From an uncultured archaeon (GTDB lineage: Archaea > Asgardarchaeota > Thorarchaeia > Thorarchaeales > Thorarchaeaceae), in NCBI GenBank assembly GCA_964590575.1, contig CAZPWM010000002.1:9714-73713 (forward strand): 64,000 nt of DNA. The letters run 5' to 3'. A model generated the notes under the pieces. The model was not told where the DNA came from and searched no databases. It saw only the letters and a list, made by a program, of their open reading frames with translations. The position numbers and the translations under genes were made by a program. The stretch's first letter is position 1; each line of letters opens with the position of its first letter. This document shows positions 18,080-28,540 of this stretch, piece by piece.

Positions 18080-18169
18080 GGTCTTTACCTAGAAGAGGTT
18101 GAAAATAAAGATGTCCCATAAACAGCACTGTTCGATACACTCTTTACACATCAAACCAAAAGATGAAAA

Positions 18170-18787
18170 ATGGAGGTCCAATTCGTGAGTCCTCGGAAAG
18201 AATTTTTTCATGAGCCACTTGTCAGGGTTGATTTTCTGAAGGCACGTTTTCCCAAGACCTGTCCAGTCTGTGGAGCTCCTGCAACTAAAGTTGTCCGTAT
18301 GAAAATCGTCAAGGATGGGAAACAAGATCTACGACGCTCATGGGGGTATACTTACGGTCCTTACGTACGACATAGATATGACCAACAACTTTCTGAGATT
18401 AAAGTACTCCCAATTCAAGTTTGCGAGGACCATGCCAATCCAGATGATGGTACTGATAGATACCAATCTCTGTGCCTGATTTTAGATGGACTTCTCATGG
18501 CTTTTGTAGTCTTTAGTCTACTAATTATCGGTGATAGACTCGCAAGAGCTCGTCCAATCTCTTTCTGGCCTTTTTTCTTCATAGGTTTCTTCGGTTTCGC
18601 TTTGCTACTATCGAAAGTCGCATTTAGCCCAAATGTACTGGAAAAGGCAGTGCGTATAATCGGATTTGATCCCGGAATGCAGAATGTATTGCTTGCTTTC
18701 AAACGGTCAGATTATCGGGACCAATTCTTGAATGAAAACCAGATGACTGCAGAATTAGTCACTTGGATTCTACGAACAGATAATTAG
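18170..18787 (+). CDS. membrane protein with N-terminal CxxC zinc-ribbon-like segment
   Basis: CPVCGAPATK..., later hydrophobic helices (LILDGLLMAFVVFSLLIIG, FWPFFFIGFFGFALLL). Confidence 0.5.
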   Translation: MEVQFVSPRKEFFHEPLVRVDFLKARFPKTCPVCGAPATKVVRMKIVKDGKQDLRRSWGYTYGPYVRHRYDQQLSEIKVLPIQVCEDHANPDDGTDRYQSLCLILDGLLMAFVVFSLLIIGDRLARARPISFWPFFFIGFFGFALLLSKVAFSPNVLEKAVRIIGFDPGMQNVLLAFKRSDYRDQFLNENQMTAELVTWILRTDN

Positions 18788-18926
18788 GAGAAATTGCAGC
18801 AGAGGAAAAATCAGCATGAAGTGCTTACTTTACTTCCATCATAAGCACTTCATCGAGTGTGTGGTAACGTCGTTTTGAATTGTCGTTGAGTGAACTGAAC
18901 AATTCAATCTAATTCGTCAATGAACT

Positions 18927-19307
18927 TTAGAGCTTTAGTTCAGCTTCACTCTTCCAGAGACCGTGAATATTACAATAGGATGTTGCCATCAAGGTACCTG
19001 GTTTACCGGTCTTGAAGACAAAATTGGCAACAGGTTCGCTATAGATTCCATTAGTATCAGGACCTTTTGCACTTTCTCCGTGGTGATCAAAAGTTGCGTA
19101 TCCGATCTCGCAAGGAAAGTTCTCTCCCTCTGGCCAGAAGAAAAGATCCAACCATTTTATGTGGTGATTTGTTGTGTTAGGATGTGCAATCTCCTTGCCA
19201 ACAGAAACCATGACAGTGACTTTTCCATCTTCGACCTTCTTAATCTCAATCACAGGAACGTGTTTCTCGCTTTTCCAATCAGCAGTCTGTATCCATTTCT
19301 TTGACAT
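18927..19307 (-). CDS. sor: superoxide reductase (neelaredoxin/desulfoferrodoxin Fe-centre II type)
   Basis: EKHVPVIE, HPNTTNHHIKWLDLF, CNIHGLW ligand motifs typical of 1Fe-SOR. Confidence 0.85.
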   Translation of the reverse strand: MSKKWIQTADWKSEKHVPVIEIKKVEDGKVTVMVSVGKEIAHPNTTNHHIKWLDLFFWPEGENFPCEIGYATFDHHGESAKGPDTNGIYSEPVANFVFKTGKPGTLMATSYCNIHGLWKSEAELKL

Positions 19308-19504
19308 TGTTCCCTACCTCAATACTGATAGTGCAACAGCTGATTATTCAGACTGCGCACACTAGTTCTTATGTTTAGTCTGTTAAAAAAGTGTGGTTAA
19401 GACCGTTAACGGCTCACCACTAGTGTTACTCCACTCATAAGCTCAAGGTTATATACGTCCTCTTTTATCGGACAGGTGTTGGTACCGTGGAAGGTGTCTA
19501 AAAG

Positions 19505-20047
19505 ATGGAGATGGAGTATTTTCACCCATCAGGTAAGAATTCTGCAATCAATATAGCTCTGCTTGCCATAATGACTGCACTTGTAACAATTATGACTCTT
19601 GTTATCCAGATTCCATATCCCGGAACAAGTGGTTACTTCAACTTTGGAGATACCATGGTGATGCTAGCTGGTCTTCTCCTCGGACCCGTTGGTGGTTTCT
19701 TTGCTGGTGGAATTGGGTCCGCGCTTGCCGATATGATTAGTGGCTACACGTTCTATGCACCAATCACCCTCATTGTCAAGGGTTTCGAAGGTATGGCTAT
19801 TGGCGTTTTTAGCTTTAAAGTTAAGAAACAAGTCTGGCTTAGTAAATGGGACATTGTTGGTGTTCTAGTTGCAGCATTTATCATGTTGACCGGATACTTT
19901 GTTGCACAGGTCATTCTTTTTGGGGTAGCAGTCGCTATTGGAGAGCTTGTAACTGTAAACCTAGCTCAGGTTGCTATCGGTGGTGCAGTAGCTCTCTTGA
20001 TTGGTCCACCCATCAGATCCTACCTCCGTACTGTGAACCCTCAATAA
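19505..20047 (+). CDS. ECF-transporter substrate-specific (S) component-like membrane protein
   Basis: ~180 aa, 5-6 TM helices, Gly-rich helix (GLLLGPVGGFFAGGIGSALADMISG) typical of ECF S components; no adjacent A/T components. Confidence 0.6.
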   Translation: MEMEYFHPSGKNSAINIALLAIMTALVTIMTLVIQIPYPGTSGYFNFGDTMVMLAGLLLGPVGGFFAGGIGSALADMISGYTFYAPITLIVKGFEGMAIGVFSFKVKKQVWLSKWDIVGVLVAAFIMLTGYFVAQVILFGVAVAIGELVTVNLAQVAIGGAVALLIGPPIRSYLRTVNPQ

Positions 20048-20179
20048 CTCGCGCTTCTAGAGGAATATGTCAATAAGCCTATAGAAGTGTAGAGGAATTT
20101 TAATGTCGGAATCGTTTTTTAGGATGTAAAATCCTCCGAACCTGTGGTCGTTTAGGCCATATTTAATTGCTTAAATAAA

Positions 20180-21475
20180 TTGGATGCTCCTGATATGACT
20201 GACCGGCAAAAGTTGAAAATCGATAGTAATCGTTTGAAAGAAATCAACGAGTTTCTTCTTCGTGATGATAATCCACTTGTCAACGATCTTCTCAAGGTGA
20301 TTGAGAAATACGGTGGCGTGGATGAGATAAATAGGACTGCTGAGGAAGCAAGAAAACTTGAGAATCTTCTTTCTCAACTTGAAGCAAAAGACTCCGCTTA
20401 TTTGAAGGACCTCACTTGGCTTCAGGAACAACGTGACGATGATGCATTCATTTCGATACCTGATTATCGACGGAAAATTCTTGGAGACAAGGCTGACAGC
20501 ACAAAGTTCGATGACAGTTTTGCAGTCACTCTTGAGATAAGTGCATGTCAATACTTCCCTTGGCTCATTGATGAGGCAAAGCAGTCACTCGAGAAAGATG
20601 AACTCATGCCTGGTCGTTTCATTCGTGTTAGAAACATGGCCGAGCAGACCGCAGATGACCAAGTCATTGCGTTTGCTGCTGGAATGCAGATAGTCGGTGC
20701 ATCCTATGTCGAAACACTAGATACGAAGGGAACTTATCCCGGTACAGATGGTGCTCCTGTCAATGTACATCTAGGTGGTCCAGATACGATTACTGGATAT
20801 TTTGGTGGTGTTGGGATGCCAAACAAGTTTCCACTGAAATGGGCTGATGAGTATCTCAACTACTACACAACATATGGTGTAAAACAGGTCCTAAACGTCA
20901 ACCCTGGTACTGTGCTGTTAGGTTACATGATGCACAAGCTTGGGATTGACATGGAGTTCAAGATATCTGTCTACATGGGGAATGATAATCCCTATGCTTG
21001 TTTCTGGACATTGTTGACTGCAAAACTATTCAGTCGAGATGATGGTACTAGTCCTTTGATTGGTTTCAATCTTTCAAATAGTGTAGACAATAAGACAATC
21101 GAAATGGCTGCATATGTTCGGGAAGACTTTGGTTTTGAAGATGTGGTTAGAATCGAGCACCACATCACTGAAACCTACAAATCCATCGTTCGACAACCCT
21201 ACGATAGACTTCCTGAGCTACTTGAGCTTGCTGACCATGTGAAGAACATAAGCGCTAAGCATGAAGGTGCAGTCCCTGAGATTGACGCTAAACGAGAATA
21301 TCCTAGCGACATCCTCGATTACTTCAGACCAAAAGCTGACATCATTGAACAAGGTCACATGTCATTTAATCTACGGAATTATCTAGACAAACATCATTCA
21401 CTGAATCGAACTGCAGAGGAACTGACCAAACGTGGTCTGACATTCATTGCTGCACAGAAATTACACAAGACGTAG
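20180..21475 (+). CDS. hypothetical protein (431 aa, N-terminal coiled-coil)
   Basis: Long ORF, no recognised family. Confidence 0.5.
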   Translation: MDAPDMTDRQKLKIDSNRLKEINEFLLRDDNPLVNDLLKVIEKYGGVDEINRTAEEARKLENLLSQLEAKDSAYLKDLTWLQEQRDDDAFISIPDYRRKILGDKADSTKFDDSFAVTLEISACQYFPWLIDEAKQSLEKDELMPGRFIRVRNMAEQTADDQVIAFAAGMQIVGASYVETLDTKGTYPGTDGAPVNVHLGGPDTITGYFGGVGMPNKFPLKWADEYLNYYTTYGVKQVLNVNPGTVLLGYMMHKLGIDMEFKISVYMGNDNPYACFWTLLTAKLFSRDDGTSPLIGFNLSNSVDNKTIEMAAYVREDFGFEDVVRIEHHITETYKSIVRQPYDRLPELLELADHVKNISAKHEGAVPEIDAKREYPSDILDYFRPKADIIEQGHMSFNLRNYLDKHHSLNRTAEELTKRGLTFIAAQKLHKT

Positions 21476-21525
21476 GACTACTCGTGAAATGAGAATATAC
21501 GGTGGGAGGGCCTTAGAAGGCCCTC

Positions 21526-21993
21526 TCACATGTCTGGTTGGAATATATCATCATACATATTCTGCAGTTTAGTCTTGTGAGCTTCTTCTTCTTTTGCTAG
21601 AGTTTCAAAAACAGATCTGTGTGATGAATTACCTGTTAGCTCAGAGAGCGCCTTATAGAAACTATTAGCAGCGGCCTCTTTCTTTATTGCCACAATCACT
21701 ACATCTTGTGGTGCTGATGATGGTAGAAGTGGTATATCGACGAGATATTTATCCAAATCTAATTTTTCCACCTCTTCAACAGAGCTGCAAGTGAAAGTAT
21801 CACAAACCCCTTCCTTGAGTGCTTCTTCCAATTTCTGCTTATGGATTACTTCTTGACTTGCAAGATCCTTGAGCAATTTGGCAGATGCTTTCAACTCTGA
21901 ATCTTCAGCGGCTTTCATGTAGAAATCGTGAGCTTCCTCCTCCCTTTTGATAGCAAGGGAGACTAATTTTTCAAAAGTCTGTTGAACCGACAA
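21526..21993 (-). CDS. ferritin-like/rubrerythrin-family diiron protein
   Basis: Two E-E-x-A-H helices (EEEAHDFY ; EEEAHKTKL) as in rubrerythrin-like ferritin fold. Confidence 0.6.
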   Translation of the reverse strand: MSVQQTFEKLVSLAIKREEEAHDFYMKAAEDSELKASAKLLKDLASQEVIHKQKLEEALKEGVCDTFTCSSVEEVEKLDLDKYLVDIPLLPSSAPQDVVIVAIKKEAAANSFYKALSELTGNSSHRSVFETLAKEEEAHKTKLQNMYDDIFQPDM

Positions 21994-22111
21994 TGATGTT
22001 CCCCAGATTTGGCATTAAGAAAGCCCGTATTAAGCTTGATGTTAGGATAAGATACAACAAAGCAATGCTTTTGAAGTGGTTCAGTTTCGGCCGATGCTGG
22101 AGTAACAAACC

Positions 22112-22558
22112 TTGGAACAGAACAATGGACGTTCATTCAACTGTGCAGAAAGTGTAATTATGAGAGTGAATCGTGAATCATCCTTGCCAGGATTCAATGA
22201 CTCTTGTATGCGTGTTGCATCAGTCTTGGGGGGCGGTTTTGCTGGGTGTGGTGAAGTCTGTGGAGCTGCTAGTGGTGCAGTCCTCGCTCTTGCCCTTCTA
22301 ACTGGGACTACCGGTGATGAACCAGTAATGGACTTCAAAGAAAGACGGAGTTTTGCACGTACCGTGATAAGTGACTTCATGAACAACTTCACCGATAACT
22401 GGGGATCAGTTGAGTGCAAATTCCTACGCGCAATGGATTCAGGTGGGGTTCCACCAAAAGGTAAACTCCGTAGTGGACCTGCTAAGAAACTCTGCGACGA
22501 GTATGTGGATTGGAGCACTGAGAAGGTGTTGAGTATCAGAGAGAATCTCAATATGTAA
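22112..22558 (+). CDS. C_GCAxxG_C_C family putative redox-active protein
   Basis: FNCAESV...GGGF.GCGEVCGAASGAVLAL matches C-GCAxxG-C-C signature. Confidence 0.75.
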   Translation: MEQNNGRSFNCAESVIMRVNRESSLPGFNDSCMRVASVLGGGFAGCGEVCGAASGAVLALALLTGTTGDEPVMDFKERRSFARTVISDFMNNFTDNWGSVECKFLRAMDSGGVPPKGKLRSGPAKKLCDEYVDWSTEKVLSIRENLNM

Positions 22559-22562
22559 CTGA

Positions 22563-23858
22563 TTACTTCTTCTGAAACACTATCTCTTTCATTCCAGATG
22601 GTAGATACTTGTGCAATGCCTTGGGAATTTCCACACTTCCATCTTCTTTCTGATAATTCTCAATGATTGCCACCATTGTCCGCGGATTTGCCATCATTGT
22701 GCTGTTCAAAGTGTGAAGGAATGCCTTCTCAGTACCTCCCTTCTTCAGACGGTATTTGATGTTGAGCCTGGTTGCTTGATAGGACGTGCAGTTACTGCAT
22801 GAACCGCCCTCTCTATACTTTTGTTGTCCTGGAAACCAGAACTCGAGGTCCAGCTTCTTTGCAGCTACTATCCCAATATCTCCTGTACAAACATTCACCA
22901 CACGGTATGGCAATTTTAATGCTTGAATAAAGGTTTCTTCATTCTTGATTAGTTCTTCATGGATATTCCATGATTCTTCAGGCAGACTGAACACAAACTG
23001 TTCAACTTTATTGAATTGATGCACTCTGAATATCCCCTTTGTGTCCTTACCATGAGAACCTGCCTCCTTTCTGAAACAAGTACTCACCCCGGCAAGTTTG
23101 AGAGGAAGATCCGTTGGTTCAAATATCTCCCCCATATACATTCCTGCCATTGGATGCTCTGAGGTTGCAATCAAGTAAAGGTCCTCTCCTTCAATCTTAT
23201 ACATGACATTTTCAAAATCTGCAAGATCTGTTACACCCTCGTAGGGCTCCCGTCGCATCATGAATGGTGGATAGATTGGAGTGTATCCTTGCTTCAAGAG
23301 CATCTCTAGTGCCATCTGTTGCATAGCAATATCAAGCAAGACTAGTTCGTTTTTCAAATAGTAAAACCTTGAACCTGAAAGTCTTGCAGCTCTTGGGATG
23401 TCCCCTATATCTAATAATTCAAGCAAGTCTACATGGCTCCGACACTCAAAGTCGAACTCAGGTCTACCACCCCATTCTTTCACAACTTCATTATCTTCCT
23501 CATCTACACCATATGGAACACTTTCATGGAGGATATTTGGGATGCTCATTTGGATACCCCTGAGCTCTTGTTCAATCTCATCTGTTTCAGACTCTATTGT
23601 CTTGATCTTCTCATTTACCGCGTTTACCTTCTTGACAATCTTGGAATCATCCTTTCCCGATTTCTTCAGCTCACCAATCTCTCTTGAGAGTCTGTTGCGT
23701 TGAGTCCTGAGGACCTGAATTTCCTTCTTCAACGCTTTTACCTTCTCATCGAGCTTGAGAAGATACTCAAACTGTTTCAATTTTTCATCATCCTGTCGCC
23801 GTTTCAGGTTATCACGGATTAGGTCGATGTTTTCACGAATGAATCGGATGTCTAACAT
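22563..23858 (-). CDS. serS: seryl-tRNA synthetase
   Basis: 431 aa; N-terminal coiled-coil tRNA-binding arm, class II aaRS motifs (FRKEAGSHGKDTKGIFRVHQF.KVEQF ; GGSCSNCTSYQARR). Confidence 0.9.
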   Translation of the reverse strand: MLDIRFIRENIDLIRDNLKRRQDDEKLKQFEYLLKLDEKVKALKKEIQVLRTQRNRLSREIGELKKSGKDDSKIVKKVNAVNEKIKTIESETDEIEQELRGIQMSIPNILHESVPYGVDEEDNEVVKEWGGRPEFDFECRSHVDLLELLDIGDIPRAARLSGSRFYYLKNELVLLDIAMQQMALEMLLKQGYTPIYPPFMMRREPYEGVTDLADFENVMYKIEGEDLYLIATSEHPMAGMYMGEIFEPTDLPLKLAGVSTCFRKEAGSHGKDTKGIFRVHQFNKVEQFVFSLPEESWNIHEELIKNEETFIQALKLPYRVVNVCTGDIGIVAAKKLDLEFWFPGQQKYREGGSCSNCTSYQATRLNIKYRLKKGGTEKAFLHTLNSTMMANPRTMVAIIENYQKEDGSVEIPKALHKYLPSGMKEIVFQKK

Positions 23859-23941
23859 AGAACGATTTCACCTGTCAAGGTTATGTATTCTTGAGTGATT
23901 TCAGAAGCCAGATAAGTCGTTTCCTAGTCAGCCATTGGAAA

Positions 23942-24589
23942 TCATTTCTCATCTAACTCAGCAGAAGGACACAGATCATTGAGTGAACAATCGATGCAAT
24001 TTGGCTTCCGCGACTTGCACGTTCTCCTTCCATGAGCTCCAATCAGTTTAGCGTAATCGCTCCACAGCTTTTTTGGAAGCAATTCCATCAAGTCTCTCTC
24101 GATTTTTTGCGCATTCTTATCATGTTTACTTAAACCAAGGCGAACAGTCACACGCATAACATGCGTGTCTACTACAACTCCCACACTGAGCCCAAACACA
24201 ACTGAAAGGACTACATTTGCTGTTTTCCTACTTACGCCTGGGAATGAGGTAAGTTCCTCCATAGTTTTAGGAACCTTATTGGCAAACCTCTCGATTAGCT
24301 GGCGAGATGTTTCAGTGATGTATCCTGCTTTTTTGTTAAAAGCACCAAGTGGTCTTATGATCTGACCTATTTCATCAAGGTTTGCCTTTGCCATCTTCTC
24401 AGGAGTGGGATATTCTTTGAATAGTATTGGAGATATCTTATTCACGCCCGCATCTGTAGCGCGTGCTGAGAGAATTGTTACTATCAACATCTCAAATGGA
24501 TTCTGATAGTTCAGATACGTCTTAGGAGCATCAGGGTAGGTTTTATCCAGCATTTTGACTATCTCTACTGCTTTGCTACTCATGCTCAT
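23942..24589 (-). CDS. nth: endonuclease III (HhH-GPD DNA glycosylase with 4Fe-4S cluster)
   Basis: HhH-GPD region LPGVSRKTANVVL, catalytic D, C-terminal CxxxxxxCxxCxxxxxC (CKSRKPNCIDCSLNDLC). Confidence 0.85.
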   Translation of the reverse strand: MSMSSKAVEIVKMLDKTYPDAPKTYLNYQNPFEMLIVTILSARATDAGVNKISPILFKEYPTPEKMAKANLDEIGQIIRPLGAFNKKAGYITETSRQLIERFANKVPKTMEELTSFPGVSRKTANVVLSVVFGLSVGVVVDTHVMRVTVRLGLSKHDKNAQKIERDLMELLPKKLWSDYAKLIGAHGRRTCKSRKPNCIDCSLNDLCPSAELDEK

Positions 24590-26198
24590 CTATCTCACCA
24601 TCATTGACAATCTTGGTTTCTTTTTCAGTTTTCACAAGTCCCTTGGTTGCAATCCATCCGAGTATTATGAGATTAAGACAGAAGATGATAATGAAGAGAT
24701 AGGCCTGAGGGAAATAATGGAAGATGACTCCTCCAAAATATGGGCCTATTGATGCAAATAGATAAACAATGAACCAAAACACACTGAGGATCTTCGATGT
24801 ATCTCGTCTCGGGAGATTCTTTTGGATAATTGTCAGCAACAACAAATTCCACACAGCATCATTAACGGACTTCATTACTATGGCCAGAAAGGGGGTCGAA
24901 AACACAGCTCCGAGTCCAGCGAATAATGACTCGGCTTGATTAATTACTGATTGTGGAGCCCAATAGGGAAATATTGGAGCTATATAAAGAAGAAGAGCAC
25001 AAATTGGCATTATGCTATAAACAATCAGTGAAGTTTTCCTCTCACCACGTCTATCAGACAACCGTCCGGTTCCCAATAGCAAAGGTACTGATACTAGAAT
25101 AGTGACGAGACTCATCAGAATTATTCCTGGAATTTCGATATGTACTTCTTCGTAGATATAGATGTAAGCACCGAATTTGAACAGTGAATCGCTTAAGGAG
25201 TCGAAAATAGCAATAGTAATCATCCCAGGAACTGCTTTGAGGAGCAAACCTGCAGCTCTTTTGTTATCTTGGATGAAGAATCTTACGAGCGAAACACCTT
25301 CTCGTTTCACTTCTGGAGCTTTCCCCTCAAGGAAAACAGCTCTCACTATGGAAGCACCAACGAGAAATAGACCGCCAGTTAGGAACATCAATCGAAGGCT
25401 CGGTCCAAATTCCATCATTGGAGTCAGGACGATAAAAACACCGAGAGTTATTATTCCGAAAACTCTTCCAGCACTGAAGAATGAAATCCCCAGTCCACTG
25501 TGCTCTTTGGGGATGTTGTCCATTATGTACGCGGTTGAGCCACCTTTGAAAACATCCATTGTCGAGAAGAATATGAGCGCAATAATAATCCATGAGAACT
25601 CTACGAAGATACCCATTATTAGATTGTATACTGCCATCATGAACATGGCTACAACTGAGAGATGCTTCCTGTTGGACACATCTCCAACATACCCCCCAAT
25701 CAGACGTGACGTTGCAGATATTGCACTCATGATGGATAATACAGTGCCAATTAACACATATTCCCAGTCCAACTTAAGTAGATAGAGATTGAAGAATAAT
25801 CCTAAGTAGCTAAAAGCAGTGAATATCCATGAAGTTACAAGGTATATAGAATAATTACGCCATGAAAAAACTGTTCGAAGAGAATCTAGGAGACTTGGGT
25901 CTTCCTTTTTTGTTTCATGGAGTCTTCCTTCAATTTCCTTGAGTCTCTCTCTGATTTTATGGAGTTTTTCCTTCTCCTCTTTTATTTCATCGAGTCTTTT
26001 TCTGTCTTCTCTCTCAGATTTCATCAAGGCTTCCTGAGCAAGAAGATCCCATTCCATCTTAGAGGGGTCATCATCCAAGTTGTTTTTGCTCCTTTCGTTA
26101 GAATGATGGATGAGTTTCACTACTCTCTTGTCTCCAAACTGGTTGAAATGTGTACTGCCGTTCCAACTGGGACCCATCCGAACTAACTTCGGATTCAA
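24576..26198 (-). CDS. MFS transporter with ~100-aa N-terminal charged coiled-coil extension
   Basis: 12 predicted TM segments after K/E-rich N-terminus; overlaps nth by 14 nt. Confidence 0.7.
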   Translation of the reverse strand: MNPKLVRMGPSWNGSTHFNQFGDKRVVKLIHHSNERSKNNLDDDPSKMEWDLLAQEALMKSEREDRKRLDEIKEEKEKLHKIRERLKEIEGRLHETKKEDPSLLDSLRTVFSWRNYSIYLVTSWIFTAFSYLGLFFNLYLLKLDWEYVLIGTVLSIMSAISATSRLIGGYVGDVSNRKHLSVVAMFMMAVYNLIMGIFVEFSWIIIALIFFSTMDVFKGGSTAYIMDNIPKEHSGLGISFFSAGRVFGIITLGVFIVLTPMMEFGPSLRLMFLTGGLFLVGASIVRAVFLEGKAPEVKREGVSLVRFFIQDNKRAAGLLLKAVPGMITIAIFDSLSDSLFKFGAYIYIYEEVHIEIPGIILMSLVTILVSVPLLLGTGRLSDRRGERKTSLIVYSIMPICALLLYIAPIFPYWAPQSVINQAESLFAGLGAVFSTPFLAIVMKSVNDAVWNLLLLTIIQKNLPRRDTSKILSVFWFIVYLFASIGPYFGGVIFHYFPQAYLFIIIFCLNLIILGWIATKGLVKTEKETKIVNDGEIDEHE

Positions 26199-26343
26199 TA
26201 TGAACGGCGTGAGAATAAGTAGGTGTACTGAATGAAGCTATATAGATGCCTCACTTTTCATACATACTGTACTAACTGTACTTCTCCGGGGTGACCGAAG
26301 TGACCCCGGTTATACGCCGGGTCCATTGCATTCACCGTGGCTA

Positions 26344-26613
26344 CTATTCGAACACTAGCACCTTGATGTCACCATCCGCTGTCGGGATGGCCATGATTTT
26401 CTGTGTGCCGATGTCCGCTGTAACCACAAGACTCTCTGGTGGTGCATTTGCACTGATCAGATTCCTTACTGCAAGCTCGAGGTTGATAGCAATGAGTCTA
26501 ACAGTTTCTGAATCAGTGAATGAGTCCACCTCACGTCCATTCTCGGGCGTGGTGATGTCTCCGAATACTGGTTCGATTCTTTGTGTTCGTATCATTTTCT
26601 TTTTTTCCTCCAT
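26344..26613 (-). CDS. small protein, possibly Roadblock/LC7-like
   Basis: 89 aa; C-terminal half (ESLVVTADIGTQKIMAIPTADGDIKVLVFE) resembles Roadblock fold pattern; weak. Confidence 0.3.
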   Translation of the reverse strand: MEEKKKMIRTQRIEPVFGDITTPENGREVDSFTDSETVRLIAINLELAVRNLISANAPPESLVVTADIGTQKIMAIPTADGDIKVLVFE

Positions 26614-27430
26614 AACGGGTTAACCGTATGTTTTTCGTTTTTTACCAAGGCTCATAACATGGGGCGTCTGGTTTTCCATCCATCATTTTTTGTTTTCTCT
26701 CCTCGTATACTTCATTGTTCTCCAATCTCTCGTAAGGTCGGTTTTGGACTCTCTCCCGGATCCAAGGGAGTGGGTCCGGAATCCAATTCTCCTTCGTTGT
26801 AGATTCTCTCTTTGAACTCTCACACTGCAGAGAATGACAAGAATCCATACCAACCGTGCCAGCAACGATTCATTCCAACTGATGTACTGCCTGTGTTCAC
26901 CTATTTCCTAGTCGTCGTACATGACGATGACTAGAAGGGACTAGGATCTTCACATGGCGGCTGCACAACAGTAGAAATGCCGCGCACAACTCCGATTGAT
27001 AACAACTCCAATGCTGCACGATTCTTAGTCATGCTCTCGTAAAGAGTTCTCATCCGGTCAGTGCTTATCGTTTTCACCTCCGTCGCTGGTTGTTGATATG
27101 GCGGATTCACTTGATTTTCTATGGTCAATGCGGTCTATGTTTCTCTTGTTCATAGCTTACGCCTACCTTAGACTAACTTGGAAGCTAGATACAACTGACA
27201 TAGTCAGAATTACCTATCTTCTGAGCTCAGTCTGCAGTGTGAATCCAAGTAAGATACTAGGAAACGAGTATAATAAGGGAGTGTCGCACAAAGAACCACT
27301 TCTAGTAAGCCTCTTAGCGCTTTTTCAGGCCTGTTTTACAAAATTCATTGAAAATTATGTCAAACTCAACTTATTGTTTCAACAAATACGACTGACATCA
27401 CATTCATAACTAAACAATTGGCCATAATAC

Positions 27431-28540
27431 GTGGGTATTTTCTTGACAATATCGCGGTCTCTTAGTCGTAGCGAGTTACATCTACTCAATAGACTTGCTC
27501 TCGATCCGTCGATGAAACGGGCTAATCTTGCACGTGAACTTGGCGTGACGAGATCGGCAATAAGCCAACTATGGACTAAACTTGAAAAAGAATACGAATT
27601 AGTCGTTCGCAGCAACATTGATTATGGACAGCTTGGTTTGCGTCTTTTGTTTGGCTGGGCAAAAGCCTCTGAAACCTCAGATGTTTTAATGAAATTCTCT
27701 CAATGGTTGAAATCAAATTCCCTTGTTACGAGACTTACCAATTCTGTGATGTCGTCAACCTTGGGTGAGATAATATATTTCGAAGTAATATCTCCACTTG
27801 GTGAAAGGCACTCGTGGTTTCAAAAACAGATTGATCGATTTAGGAAGCGGCCATATAGCTTGAATATCGAGCTAGGTGAAGCATCAAACATTTCGTACAA
27901 CATGAACCTTGCTCTCTTCAATGGAACCACTTGGTCATTCAGCAACGATTTTCGGCTTCTTGCATCTATTGATGCCGCGAAGGGGTATGTTGATGTGCTA
28001 CCATCTGTTGGTAATGTCGAACAAACCGAAGGTGCGACTATCTCACTCGAAGATTTGGTTATTGCATCTGCAGTCGAGTCTAACTATCATGTGACTGCGG
28101 CTGAGCTTGCGAATAAATTTACAGATCTGCAAATGAAACCTAGTGCAGGAAGAACACTCCGACGCAAGATTGCCAATATGAGGATGAAAGTATCTATTCC
28201 TTATGCAGACCTTCAGAATATCGGACTCTCTCAAAAGCTCATTGTCTGTATTAAAACAGAATCCGAGGAGTCGTCTTTCTCGCGGGTTCTTCATGCACAA
28301 GCCAGTACATTCCCTAAAGCGAGGGTTATTTCGAGTCAATCAATGACCGTGCTCGATTTAGAGGCGCCAAAAGCAGTGGATTGGCTGACCGTGTCACAAA
28401 TACTCACCAATCTCGCAGGTAACACTTCAGAGATATGTACATTTATAGCAGACCGTAATGAGATTAGTAAACGACTTGAGAGTGTGGTTTCAGCAATTGC
28501 ATCACGTATGCCCTCTGGAGATCATCAAGTTCGGCGTTGA
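27431..28540 (+). CDS. Lrp/AsnC-type HTH protein with two tandem HTH+ligand-domain modules (regulator or AhbA/B-like)
   Basis: Two AsnC-type HTH signatures (LLNRLALDPSMKRANLARELGVTRSAISQLWTKLE ; LVIASAVESNYHVTAAELANKFTDL...GRTLRRKIANM). Confidence 0.45.
   Translation: MGIFLTISRSLSRSELHLLNRLALDPSMKRANLARELGVTRSAISQLWTKLEKEYELVVRSNIDYGQLGLRLLFGWAKASETSDVLMKFSQWLKSNSLVTRLTNSVMSSTLGEIIYFEVISPLGERHSWFQKQIDRFRKRPYSLNIELGEASNISYNMNLALFNGTTWSFSNDFRLLASIDAAKGYVDVLPSVGNVEQTEGATISLEDLVIASAVESNYHVTAAELANKFTDLQMKPSAGRTLRRKIANMRMKVSIPYADLQNIGLSQKLIVCIKTESEESSFSRVLHAQASTFPKARVISSQSMTVLDLEAPKAVDWLTVSQILTNLAGNTSEICTFIADRNEISKRLESVVSAIASRMPSGDHQVRR

Noticed and set aside
22081-22551. 156-aa minus-strand ORF
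   Set aside because: Fully antisense to the well-supported C_GCAxxG_C_C gene; sequence is low-complexity
26270-26300. Imperfect hairpin ccggggtgaccgaagtgaccccgg
   Set aside because: Probably a simple terminator or attenuator after the 26344 gene; nothing further to interpret
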